DNA of 64,000 nt. It comes from Hypanus sabinus. Taxonomy: Eukaryota. The stretch is taken from positions 31,930,001 to 31,994,000 of the forward strand of contig NC_082731.1 in NCBI RefSeq assembly GCF_030144855.1, written 5' to 3'. The notes beneath the pieces are model-generated. The model was given only the letters and a program-made list of their open reading frames with translations. It had not been told where the DNA came from and did no database searches. A program made the translations under genes and the position numbers. This document shows, piece after piece, positions 12,284-24,620 of this stretch. How positions within the stretch are numbered: the stretch's first letter is position 1; each line of letters opens with the position of its first letter.

Positions 12284-13608
12284 CCAGAGACGGGAACTGT
12301 GCACAGTGTTCCTGGTGTGGATCTGACCCAGGGATACAGAGACGGGAACTGTGCACGGTGCTCCCGGTGTGGGTCTGACCCAGGGATACAAAGATGAGAA
12401 TTGTGCACGGTGTTCCTGGTGTGGGTCTGACCCAGGGATACAGAGATGAGAATTGTGCATGGTGCTCCTGGTGTGGGTCTGACCCAGGGATACAGAGATG
12501 AGAATTGTGCACGGTGCTCCTGGTGTGGGTCTGACCCAGGGATAGGGAGATAGGAACTGTGCACGGTGCTCCCTGTGTGGGTCTGACCGAGGGATACAGA
12601 GATGAGAATTGTGCACGGTGCTCCTGGTGTGGGTCTGACCCAGGGATACGGAGATGGGAACTGTGCACGGTGCTGCTGGTGTGTGTCTGACCCAGGGATA
12701 CAGAGACAGGAACTGTGCACAGTGCTCCCAGTGTGGGTCTGATCCAGGGATACAGAGACAGGAACTGTGCACGGTGCTCCCAGTGTGGGTCTGACCCAGG
12801 GATACAGAGACGGGAACTGTGCACGGTGCTCCTGGTGTGGGTCTGACTTAGGGATACAGAGATGGGAACTGTGCACGGTGCTCCTGGTGTGGGTCTGACC
12901 CAGGGATACAGAGATGGGAACTGTGCACAGTGCTTCCAGTGTGGGTCTGACCCAGGGATACAGAGATGGGAACTGTGCACGGTGCTCCCTGTGTGGCTCT
13001 GACCCAGGGATACAGAGATGAGAATTGTGCACGGTGCTCCTGGTGTGGGTCTGACCCAGGGATACAGAGATGGGGACTGTGCACGGTGCTCCTGGTGTGG
13101 GTCTGACCCAGGGATACAGAGATGGGAACTGTGCACGGTGCTCCTGGTGTGGGTCTGACCCAGGGATATAGAGGTGGGAACTGTGCACGGTGCTCCTGGT
13201 GTGGGTCTGATCCAGGGATACAGAGACAGGAACTGTGCACGGTGCTCCCAGTGTGGGTCTGACCCAGGGATACAGAGACGGGAACTGTGCACGGTGCTCC
13301 TGGTGTGGGTCTGACCCAGGGATACAGAGATGGGAACTGTGCACGGTGCTCCTGGTGTGGGTCTGACCCAGGGATACAGAGATGGGAACTGTGCACGGTG
13401 CTCCCGGTGTGGGTCTGACCCAGGGATATGGAGACGGGTACTGTGCATGGTGCTCCCGGTGTGGGTCTGACCCAGGGATAGGGAGACGGGAACTGTGCAC
13501 GGTGCTCCTGGTGTGGGTCTGACCCAGGGATACGGAGACGGGAACTGTGCACGGTGCTCCCGGTGTGAGTCTGACCCAGGGATACGGAGATGGGAACTGA
13601 TGCTGATC
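12284..13608. repeat. 52-bp tandem repeat, family A (GGGAACTGTGCACGGTGCTCCTGGTGTGGGTCTGACCCAGGGATACAGAGAT), filling the leader-V intron
   Basis: Direct inspection; family A recurs at 27893-28346, 31852-32270 and, degenerate, at about 47230-48715. Confidence 0.95.
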
Positions 13609-13635
13609 ATTCCATTTTAAATAAAATCTCTCTAG

Positions 13636-14019
13636 GCTCCTGCATGGCTGGAACCAACTTCCGCTTGTCCTCAGCAACGATGGTGGCCACCGAGGGCTCG
13701 CCGGTCTCCCTGCAATGCCGGTTCTCCTACCGGCACGACAACCGGTACTTCGTGTGGCAGTACGTGCCTCCCGGTGGGCAAGGAGCCCTCAGGAGGCTGA
13801 TGTACTGGGAGCCCGGCTCCCAGCAGCCCGTATACCCAGCCGGGAGCACCAACCGTTACCTGGGCACCAAGGACCTCCACCGCGGGACCATGTCCTTGCA
13901 GATCAGCCGCGCCATGTCCAGCGACGCCAGCCGGTACTTCTGCCAGATGACCGACAACCTCTGGGACGTCAATGCCACAGACTGGTGCGGATGCGGGATC
14001 TCCCTCTCCGTCGAGCGCA
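13636..14019 (+). CDS. IgSF receptor exon 2: V-set domain with fused J-like G strand
   Basis: Acceptor TCTCTCTAG; B-strand Cys (SLQCRF), C-strand Trp (FVWQY), SDASRYFC motif, then CGCGISLSV (FGxGTxLxV-like); donor A|GTGAGT. Phase 1 at both ends. Confidence 0.92.
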
Positions 14020-14664
14020 GTGAGTCTGTCGCCCGCACACGTTGCCGCGTCTGGGACGGGCGTGAATCCAATTGAATTGACTTTGTTCCTTCTAACCTTG
14101 ATCCGCATGGGGAGTAAAAATCTTTACGTTATGTCTCCGTCTAAATGTGCAAAGTGCAACTTAGGGTCATTTATAATAAATAGTATGTACAACAGGACAC
14201 TCAATATAAGATAGAAATACTATTGTGTCAGTCTGATGGCCTGGTGGAAGAAGCTGTTGGTTGGTCCTGGCTTTTATGCTGCGGTACCGTTTCCCGGCTG
14301 GAACAGTTTGTGTTTGGGGTGACTCGGGTCCCCAGTGATCCTTTGGGCCCTTTTCACACACCCGTCTTTGTAGATGTCCTGAATAGAGGGAAGTTCACAA
14401 CTGCAGATGCGCTGGGTTCTTTGGGAGACCCCTTGCCAGCTGCCCCGTACTGCTGTCACCGGGCACTCGTCTATTCGGCCCATACTGTCCCTGCTGAAAA
14501 TCAGAATCAGGTTTATTACTGTTATTGTGAAATTTGTTAACTTAGCAGCGGCAGTTCAATGTAATACACAATCTAGCAGAGAAAAAAATATCTGACATCC
14601 GTCCTTTAGGGAATAATACCAATCTCCACTGACTCCTCAACACTTCCCCAGGAGTCCACCATCA

Positions 14665-15331
14665 CAGAGTGTTCTACCCTTGTACACCGAGGGCCCACTG
14701 TCCCTCGACACTCCCCACCATTCACAGAGTGTTCTACCCTCGTACACCGAGGTCCCTCTATCCCTCCACACTCCCCACCATTCACAGAGTGTCCTGCCCT
14801 TATACACCAAGATCCCTCTCTCCCTCGACACTCCCCACCATTCACAGTGTGTGTTCTACCCTCGTACACCGAGGTCCCTCTGTCCATCAACACTCCCCAC
14901 CATTCAGTGTGTTCTACCCTCGTACACCGAGGTCCCTCTGTCCTCGACATTCCCCACCATTCACAGTGTGTGTCCTGCCCTTGTACACCGAGGTCCCTCT
15001 GTCCCTTGACACTCCCCACCATTCAGTGTGTTCTACCCTCGTACACTGAGGTCCCTGTCCCTCGACACTCCCCACCATTCACAGTGTGTTCTACCCTCAT
15101 TCACCGAGGTCCTCCTGTCCCTCGACACTCCCCACCATTCAGTGTGTTCTACCCTCGTACACCGAGGTCCCTCTGTCCCTCGACACTCCCCACCATTCAG
15201 TGTGTTCTACTCTCGTACACTGAGGTCCCTCTGTCCCTCGACACTCCCCACCATTCAGTGTGTCCTACCCTCATTCACCGAGGTCCCCCTGTCCCTCGGC
15301 ACTACCCACCATTCAGTGTGTTCTACCCTTG
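14665..15331. repeat. About 56-60-bp tandem repeat, family C (CR1-derived)
   Basis: Unit GTGTTCTACCCTCGTACACCGAGGTCCCTCTGTCCCTCGACACTCCCCACCATTCACA; short copies at about 20815-20860 and 25331-25505. Confidence 0.9.
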
Positions 15332-15338
15332 TGTGTTG

Positions 15339-15650
15339 GTTCGTGGCCAAGTGGTTAAGGCGTTCGTCTAGCGATCTGAAGGTCACTAGTTCGAGCCTTG
15401 GCTGAGGCTGCATGTGTGTCCTTGAGCAAGGCACTTAGCCACACATTGCTCTGCGACAACACTGGTGCCAAGCTGTATGGGTCCTAATACCCTTCACTTG
15501 TACAACATCGGTGGCATGGAGAGGGGAGACTTGCAGCTTGGGCAACTGCTGGTCTTCCATAAAAAAACCTTTGCCCAGGCTTGCCCCTGGAAACTTCCCA
15601 AGGTGCAAATCCATGGTCTATCAAGACTAAAAGAGGTCTACAACTACACC
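15339..15650 (+). mobile_element. tRNA-derived SINE with CORE-like segment
   Basis: Box A TGGCCAAGTGG (15344-15354), box B GTTCGAGCC (15389-15397), then GTCCTTGAGCAAGGCACTTA resembling the CORE-SINE motif. A second copy lies at about 24315. Confidence 0.8.
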
Positions 15651-16734
15651 TCATAAAGATTATTACACAGAGCATTGAGGTAGAACAAGGTAAAGCAGTA
15701 ACAGAACGCATAATAAAGTGTCACAGCCACAGAGAGAGTGCAGTGCAGGTAAAGGATAAGATACAAGATCCTAACGAGGTAGGTTGGGAGGTCAAGGGTC
15801 AGTCTTATCATACGAGAGGTCTGTTCAAGTGTCTGATAGCACCGGGGCAGAAGCTGGTCCTTGAGCCTGGTGGCTCGTGCTTTCAGGATTCTGCATCTTC
15901 TGCCCGAAGGGAGAATGCCCGGGGTGGGTGGGGTCTTTCATTACGTTGGCTGACTGCATTTGAGCCACATCAGCCTGTTGTGGCTGTGAATGCAGTCACT
16001 GGGAGACGCTGAAGCTGGTGGATATAGAAGCCCTTATTCTGCACAACAATCAGGCGTCATACAGGAGTCACTCTTCGAAGAAGAGACTCCCCGACCCAAC
16101 CTTAGATGACATTTTTTTTAATATGCCGGATGATTACTATTGATACAATGCATTCATAGTGCTCCCGTTGAGTTACAGATAATTTTCAAACACCTATATC
16201 TTCACACCAACACCCTAGACTGAATATTAATCACTGCTGTCTCTAAGTTGCCTTCATGCATATGCAGACATCTCAGGTCCATGGTGAGTTTCCTGGTTTG
16301 CAATCGACCCCAGTCTGCAGCTCCAGGAAGACCATTGTTCTGAGCTGCATTTTAAACTCAATCTACAATCCACATTCAGGTCTGAAGACAGGTCGGTGTT
16401 GAAATTAATATTTGCTTTATTGCCTTTCTCCAGAATATGCCCTAAGAAGCCTTTTCTGTCATACATTCACACATAGCCGCTTCAGCCCTACCATGATTGC
16501 CATCCAAGCTACCCCCTTCAATCCGTGTTTGGCCCAGATCTCTCTAAACCTTTCCTATCCATGTACGTATCCAAGTCCCCTTTAAATGTCATTGATGTAC
16601 CTGCCTCAAGCACTTCCTCTGGCAGCTCACTTCATGTTTGGACAAACTCCTGGGTGAAAAAGCTGCCCCTTGGGTTCCTATTCTTGACCCACTCACCTTA
16701 AACATGTGGATAGGAAAGGTCTTGAGGTTCATGG

Positions 16735-17315
16735 GCCTATGGGAGTCTAAGTTGGCATGGGCTAATGGGAAACTAGGTTGGCATGGGCCAATGGGAATCT
16801 AGGTTGGCATGGGCCAGTGGGAATCTAGGGTGGCATGGGCCAGTGGGGATCAAGGTTGGCATGGGTCAATGAGAATCTAGGTTGGAATGGGCTAATGGGA
16901 ATCTAGGTTGGTATGGGCCAATGGGAATCTAGGTTGGTATGGGCCAATGGGAATCTAGGTTGGCATGGGCCAGTGGGGATCAAGGTTGGCATGGGCCAAT
17001 GAGAATCTGGGTTGGCATGGGCTAATGGGAATCTAGGTTGGTATGGACCAATGGGAATCTAGGTTGGCATGGGCCAGTGGGAATCTAGGGTGGCATGGGC
17101 CAGTGGGGATCAAGGTTGGCATGGGTCAATGAGAATCTAGGTTGGAATGGGCTAATGGGAATCTAGGTTGGTATGGGCCAATGGGAATCTAGGTTGGTAT
17201 GGGCCAATGGGAATCTAGGTTGGCATGGGCCAGTGGGAATCTAGGTTGGCATGGGCCAGTGGGAATCTAGGTTGGTATGGGCCAATGGGAATCTAGGTTG
17301 GCATGGGCCAATGGG
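16735..17315. repeat. 26-bp minisatellite (GGGAATCTAGGTTGGCATGGGCCAAT)
   Basis: Direct inspection. Confidence 0.95.
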
Positions 17316-17974
17316 CCTGCTTCCGTGGTGTGTGACCCTGTGTGTCCATAACAGACTCTTCGGCCCATGATCTAGGCCATGCTCTCTTCTCTTCTCGCAG
17401 CTGCCATCAGGAGGGAGGTACAGGACCCTCAGGGATCCATACCACCAGGTTCAGGAGCAGTTATTACCCCTCGACTATCCACCACCCCACACAGCATATT
17501 CCACCCAACCACCATTCTCTTTGCAAAAGAACTCGTCTTCGAACTCCCCCCACCTTAAATGCGCACGCACTGTTAGTTGGCGAGAAAGATACCAACTGTT
17601 TACTCTATCTATGCCTCTCATAATCTTATAAACTTAAATCAAGATTTTATAAACCTTTTAAATCTTCACCCTTTCACCTTAAACCTCTGCACACTAGTTT
17701 CAGACTACCCTGTTTTGGGAAAAAGTCTCTTATCAACACCCCTCATGGTTTTATAAGCATCAGTATTGTTGTCCCTTAGCTTCCTTCACTCCAGGGGAAT
17801 GTCCCAGGCTGTCCATTGTCTCCCAATAACTCCAGCCCCCAAGTCCATTCCAGGGAGGGTCTTCAAGTGGAGGCAGGGAGTCACATGGCAAAGGAAACGG
17901 GGAGACAAACACCAGATGGTCAGGAAACTGGGAAACAGAAACTAGAAACTGGCAAAATGGGGAACAGAAACTGG

Positions 17975-19970
17975 AAACTAGAGAAATGAGCAAACAAAAG
18001 TGGCAGATGGAATACTGTTAGGGAATGTATGATAGCGCATTTAGGTAAAAGGAACAATAGTGTGGACTGTTATCTAAATGGGGAGAAAATTCAAACATCA
18101 GAGGTGCAGAGAGACTTGGGGGTCCTCGTGCAAGACTCGTAGAAGGTTTATTCACAGGTTGAGTCTGTGCCAAAGGCGGCAAATGCAATGTTAGCATTCA
18201 TTTCAAAGGGAATCGAATACAAGACACGGAGATAATACTGAGCCTGTATAAGTCACTAGTCAGGCAGCAATTGGAATATTGTCAACAGTTTTGGGTCCCT
18301 TATCTCAGAAAGGATGTGTTGTCTCTGGAGAGAGTCCAGAGGAGGTTCATGAGGCTGATTCTGGGGTTAACATATGAGGAGCGTTTGGCAGCTTTGTGCC
18401 TGTACTCACTGAAATTGAGAAGAATGTGTGGGGATCTCACTGGTGCTCGTGGTGTGGAATGACGCCAGCTTGGCAAGGTCATTCTCTGTCACGCTCCAGC
18501 ATTCAGGAGTGTGGAGAGAAGACAGCTCTGGTGCAGCTTCACCTCGGTGTGGGCACCGTACTCGGTGACCATCACAGGCACACAGCCTCGCGTATATTCA
18601 GGGTGAGGTAGTAAACTGGTTTTGTGGGAGAAGCCAGAGATTGGTAGTAGACAGTTGTCTCTCTGACTGGAGACCTGGGACTGACTAGTGGTGTTCCACA
18701 GGGATCAGTGATCCTCTCTCACCTATCTCCTTGCCTGCCCGTCTCCTCCCTCTGGTGCTCCTCCCCCCTTTTCCTTTCTTCCATGGCTTTCTGACTTCTC
18801 CTATGAGACTCCCCCTTCTCCAGCCCCGTATCCCTTTCACCAATCAACTTGCCAGCTCTTTACCTCCCAGTTTCACCTTGTGTTTCTCCCTCCCATCCCC
18901 CTCCTTTTAAATCCACTTTTTTTTTCTCCAATCTCGGCATGAAACATCGACAGTACTCTTTTCCACAGATGCTGCCTGGCCTGCTGAGTTCCTCCAGCGT
19001 TTTGCTTGGATTTCCAGCATCTGCGGGCTTTCTCCAGTTAGTGTTGTGTCATTTGCTGTTTGTCATCTATATCAACGATCTGGATGATAATGTGTTTAAC
19101 TGGATCAGCAAGTTTGTGGGCAGTCGACAGTGAGGAAGACTATCATGGCTTGCAGAGGGATCTGCATCAGCTGGAAAATGGGCTGAAAATTGGTAGATGG
19201 AATTTAATGCAGGCGAGTGTGAGGTGTTGCATTTTGGTAGGACCGACCAGGGTTGGTCTTACACAGTGAACGGTAGGGCGCTGAGGAGAGTGGTAGAACA
19301 AAGGGATCTGGGACTACAGGTCCATAATTCATTGAAAGCAGCATCACAGGTAGATAGGGTTGTAAAAGAGCTTTTGTCAATTTGCCCTTCATATTGAGGA
19401 TAGGAGTTGGGATGTTATGTTGAAATTGCGGAATATGTTGGTAAGGCCTAATTTGGAGTTTTGTGTGCAGTTTTGGTCACCTACCGACAGGAAAAGTGTC
19501 AATAAGGTTGAAAGAGTAGAGAAAAATTACAAGGCTGTTGCTGGCTCCGAATGACCTGAGTTAGGAGGAAAGATTGAATAGGTTGGGACTGTATTCCTGA
19601 GAGGAGATTTGGTCGAGGTATACAAAATTCTGAGTGGTACAGATAGGGTAAATGCAAGCAGGCTTTTTCCACTGAGGTGGGGTAGGACTACAGCTAGAGA
19701 TCATGGGTTAAGGGTGAAAGGTGAACAGTTTAAGGGGAGCTTGAGGGGAAACTTCTTCACTCAGAGGCTGGTGAGAGTGTGGAATGAGCTGCCGGCACAA
19801 GTGGTGCATGTGAGCGTGATTTCAACATTTAAGAGAAATTTGGATCGGTACATGGACGATAGGGGTATTGGGAGCCATGGTCCCGGTTCAGGTTGATAGG
19901 AAACAGCAGCTTCAGTGGTTTTGGCTTGTTTCTGTGCTGTACTTCTCTATGACTGTGTCACATTCACCAG
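17975..19970 (+). mobile_element. CR1 LINE fragments
   Basis: MEYCQQFWVPYLRKD, IYINDLDD, QRDLGLQVH and VEVYKILSG peptides in order. Confidence 0.75.
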
Positions 19971-20039
19971 AAGAACATCTGATAAACATATATTCTACAT
20001 GATTTTATTTATGAGAATAAAAAGCAAACTCCATTGGAG

Positions 20040-20560
20040 AGCATGGAGGTCACAGTGTCTCTCTACTGACAGAATGATCAAGGTCTTGCCAGTTGGTACA
20101 AGAACCGAATGGTTGAAGGGAAATAGTTGTTCTTGAACCTGGTGGTCTGGGTCTCCAGGGCTCTGTACCCCCTGCCTGATGGGAGCTGTGAGAAGGTGGC
20201 ATGGCGCAGATGATGGGCGTTGCCTTCCTGATGCGACGCCTCCTGTAGATACCGCTGATGGTGCGGAGCGAGGAGCCCGTTATCCGCTGGCCCGAGAACG
20301 CGACATACTGCGGCTCCTCGTGTTCGAGTTGCGACACCAAACTGCGATGCAACCAGGGCGCATTTCGGAACGAAGTCTGTGGCGGGGGGAAGTCGTCACG
20401 GTGAATTAGGGTTGTGCCAGTCGGGTGGAGAGGCGAATAGTTGAGGGGAAACAGCTGTTCCTGAACAGGGCGGTGTGGAACATCCGGCCTGAGTGCCTCT
20501 CGCCCAGTGGAGCTGAGAAAACGTCTTGGGCGGGTGGTGGGGAACTTTGATGACCGATGT
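20040..20560 (-). mobile_element. Rex1-like 3' fragments
   Basis: Degenerate matches to the 3' end of the 28348-31851 element (RRIRKATPII, PSGRGYR). Confidence 0.6.
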
Positions 20561-22499
20561 TGATGCACAACTCTGCTGAGTCTTGTGTCCGGGCAGGAAG
20601 TCTTATGACTGACTACATGACTACCCTCTTCTTCTGCATTAGAATTGGAGGAGGTCCAGCTCCAGCGAGGGAAAGCAGAAGTTCTGATTGCAGCATTGAC
20701 AAGAGGTTTAGACAGAATCAGCTACATCAGCACCCAGGAGAAAGACACATTGAGCTGGAAGAGCAGAGATGAACAGGGAGCCCCAAACACTGGGGAGACA
20801 CCCAAGCATGCCGTGTGGTCTACCCTTGTACACCGAGGTCCCTCTGTCCTCAACACTCACCTCGAAGTCTGGTGCCGATGCCACTACATGACCGGCTGGC
20901 AGTAAGGGGAGCATGAAAAAGGTTGAGAGCCCTCGCACTGGTGGTTTGGTCTTGGCTGGGGCAGCACAGACTGAGGTTGCCCCAGTGCACTCTGTGAATT
21001 CCAGTCCGGTGTCGCTTGTTCACTGCTGCAGTAGCCGTGGCTGTGTGATCGCGAGCAATAGCTGCTGGCCCCTGCTCAGTCACCGTTGATCGACAGGTTA
21101 ACTGACCTTCCTCAGACTTCAATATCCCGATAGGCTTTCTGTAACGCACCACAAGGAACACCAGCTTCGCTCCCATTCAATCTGTCAGCTTCACCATTTT
21201 GGCAAGGTCCTGTGCAGGCACCCGTTCAAGCTGACTATACCTGGATTCCCCCCGTTATCGTCGTTTACTCCCGGAGTCCCTGAATAACTTATCCACTCTG
21301 CCCGGTAACTTTCCTCATAATCAGACACTTCCTCAGAAACCGCTTGCTTGCAATCAAACCCATTCCTCCAATCAGCCTGCATTGGAGACTGCTCTTCGAA
21401 CTGCCTCTCAGTAGCATCCCAACCACCTTGTCGGTTTTGTTTATCATATCCTGTACGGTCGTCTGCTCAACACGTCCACCACCTGATCTGCTGAGAAGCC
21501 ATAAGACCATCAGATATAGGAGCAGAAGTAGGTCATTCGGCCCATCCAGTCTGCTCTGCCATTCAAACATAGGCTGATCCACTTCATCCAGTCATCCCCA
21601 CTCCCCTGCTTTCACCCCATACCCTTTGATGCCCTGGCTAATCAAGAACCTATCTACCTCTGCCTTAAATACACCCAATGACCTCCACAGCCGCTCGTGG
21701 CAACAAATTCCACAGATTTACCCCCCTCTGACTAAAGTAATTTCTCTGCATCTCTGTTCTAAAAGGACGTCATTCAATCCTGAAGTCCTGCCCTCTTGTC
21801 CTAGAATCCCCTACCATGGGAAATAACTTTGCCATATCTAATCTGTTCAGGCCTTTTAATGTATCGCAATGATTTTAATGATACGGAATGTATCGATGAG
21901 ATCCCCCCTCATTCTCCTGAACTCCAGGGAATACGGCCCAAGAGCTGCCAGACGTAAACCAACATAGTTCCCAGAGTTTGGATGCCGTCGTATGGGTGTA
22001 AATTATATATGTTCTTTATATATTGAAATTAAACCCAAGTTTTCAAAGTTATTATACATTGAGTTATTGCAATCCAGATTTGATGAGCCAAATGGCCTAA
22101 TTCTGCCTGTATGTCTTATGGTCTTAAACTTCCTCTTTTTAGGATGTGGAAAACTTCTTTGAACCATTTATCGATATTTTCCAGTTGAGGTGGTTGATGA
22201 AAGAACATCTGTCTCCTTTCACCCTCTAGCTCTGTGTGTCGTTACTCCCTTGGTCTCTTTTGGGGCAAGTCTTGTCATAGTTTCATCATTGTCACCCTGA
22301 CGTGAGCCACTAGAGGGCACTCTGGAGTCGGTGTCATGTCTAACCTGTAATTCCTTGGAGATTGGATGCTGGTGCTGTCTCGGAGAGGGTGTTTTCCCCG
22401 AGGAAGAGCTTCACTGGCAGGACCGTCCACCTGTGGTCCCTGTTGGGTCTTTAGATACCGTTTCTGTTTACTTTGAAGCTCTATGCAAAGCACTTCAAT

Positions 22500-23300
22500 T
22501 TGATTACACATATGTTGTTCGTCCACTTACAAAGTACAAAGTTCAAGTAAGTTTTATAATGAAAGTACACGCATGACATCATACACCACCCTGAGATTAA
22601 TTTTCCTGTGGACATACGCAACAACTCTACAGAATGGTAAATCTAACAGGATCCATGGCTGATCCGCCCAACTAGGACTTTCAACCAGAGTGCATAAGTC
22701 AGCAAATCGTGGAAAAGCAAAAAAAGGCAATATTCTAAATAAATAAAGGAATAACTATCAAGAACATGAGATGAAGAGTCCTTGAAAGTGAGTCCATTGG
22801 TTGTGGGAACATTTCAATGAAGGGGCAAGTGAAATTGAGTGAAGTTACCCCTGTTGTTCAAGAGCCCAATGTGGCTGAACCTGGTGCTGTGAGTCTTTAG
22901 GCTCCTGTACCTTCTTACTGATGGCAGCAGTGGGAAGAGAGCAGGACCTGGATGGCGGAGGTCCCTGATGATGGATGCTGTTTTCCTGTGACAACACTTC
23001 ATGTAGATGTGCTCAGCGGTGGGGAGGGCTTTACCGACGATGGACTGGGCCATGTCAGCCACCTGTTATAGCATTTTCTGGTCAAGGGCTTTGGTGTTTC
23101 CATACCAGGCTGTGATGCAGCCAGTCAATAGATTCTCCACCACACACCTCTACAAGTTTGTCAAACTTTTAGCTCTCATGCCGAACCTCCACAAACTCCT
23201 GAGGAAGCAGAGGAGCTCCGTGCTTTCGTCGTAATTGCACTTGTGTGGTGGACCCAGGACAGGTCATCTGAAATGATAACACCGAGGAATTTCAAGTTGG
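22500..23300 (-). mobile_element. Rex1-like 3' fragment
   Basis: AQSIVGKALPTAEHIY...HPGPALFPLLPSVRRYRSLK. Confidence 0.7.
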
Positions 23301-24314
23301 AGTGGTTCAGTTGAGCAGTTCCCTTGTTCAGTTGACGCAGAGATTTGCTCTTTAGTCTTTATACTGTCTCTGTCTTACTGCGTTCATTGTTTATCACAGG
23401 TCTCCTCTTCCTCTCAATCAAAGTGGTCACACCCAAATGAAACAGTGTTCCTCTGGGGGCCAAGGTGCAAAGCATATACAGCACATGCAAAATAGAGAGA
23501 GAAAAAACCAGTCACACACAAAAAAATATAGTCCAAGACTGAACGGCATGTCCTGCTAAGTGATGGTACAGTTCAATCCAGCCTGTCATTCCACTGCCTG
23601 AACACTGGAGGGCAGCGCTGACTGGAGAGGTGATTTATTTTCTCTCTGTTTCTATTAACTCACATATAGGATTTTCCAACTCAGCAGCTGCATGTTTATT
23701 TAAGTACAATGAGACTGCTAACGTCCATGCACTGTTCACTTCCCCTCTCTGGATCTTACCCCATCCTTTTTTTAAATTCGTGCAGCAGCCGCATTTCATT
23801 AGACTCGACGTGACTGGTGTATTTTGTTCTGGCCTCTTTATTCATCTTGCAAGATCAAAATACTCTGTTTAGGCAAAACCTCAGTCATCGCGTAACAACC
23901 GGAGGCTCGGTTCTGCCCTGCTTCGGCGGTGGCAATACAACCCTGAGAATGTACTTCTCCAGATAGCCACAAAACAGAGAAAACCAGGGAAGTCAGTTCA
24001 AAGAGAAACAGCAACCCCCCGCCCCACCACACACACGAAGAGAACAGCAACCCCCCCAAACCCCCCCTCCCTGCACAAAACACAACAAGAACATCAGCAC
24101 AAAAACCCCTCCCCCCCACACAGGAAAACAATTGCAAAGAACAAGTAACAACACAGAATATAAAACCCATAAGACAGACAAAAGTCCATAGTCCGAAGTC
24201 CAAATCTATAAAGGCAGAACTTACAGTAACATCTTTCAACATCATCAACGGAGCGAGACACTCTCAAATGAAGGGTCAATAAGTTGCAACCAAAAGTTTT
24301 TTAATGCAGTTAAC

Positions 24315-24620
24315 TGTGTTGGCACGTGGTTAAGACGTTCGTCTAGATATCTGAAGGTCACTAGTTCAAGCCTTGATTGAGGCTTTGCGTGTTGTGTCCT
24401 TGAGCAAAGCACTTAACCACACATTGCTCTGCGATGACACCGGTGCCAAGCTGTATGGGTCCTAACGCCCTTCCCTTGGACAATGTCGGTGGTGTGGAGA
24501 GGGGAGACTTGCAGCTTGGGCAACTGCGCCCTGGAAATTGCACCTCAATTGTGCCCTGGAAACTTTCCAAGATGCAAATTTGTGGTCTATTGAGACTAAT
24601 GGAGGCCCTACTACTACTAC
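24315..24620 (+). mobile_element. tRNA-derived SINE, second copy
   Basis: Colinear with the 15339-15650 copy; ends in (CTA)n. Confidence 0.8.

Noticed and set aside
12264-13677. Long ORFs (up to 465 aa) in satellite A; similar ORFs at 2170-2897, 48647-49993 and 61257-63872
   Set aside because: They are periodic translations of tandem repeats lacking stop codons, with no splice or homology support.
13970-14030. Possible RSS near the V-J junction (CACAGAC within the CDR3-like codons) or after the exon
   Set aside because: No nonamer at 12- or 23-bp spacing, and the V exon ends in a normal splice donor.
15339-15410. tRNA gene
   Set aside because: It has A/B boxes but continues into a SINE body that is repeated at 24315, so it is a SINE head.
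18440-18615. Short unique insert within a CR1, with donor-like GG|GTGAGG
   Set aside because: No clear acceptor or recognisable peptide in any frame.
20651-20665. EVQLQ, like an Ig VH N-terminus
   Set aside because: No Cys/Trp framework follows.
24099-24107. Perfect RSS nonamer ACAAAAACC
   Set aside because: No heptamer 12 or 23 bp upstream; it lies in an A/C-rich repeat.
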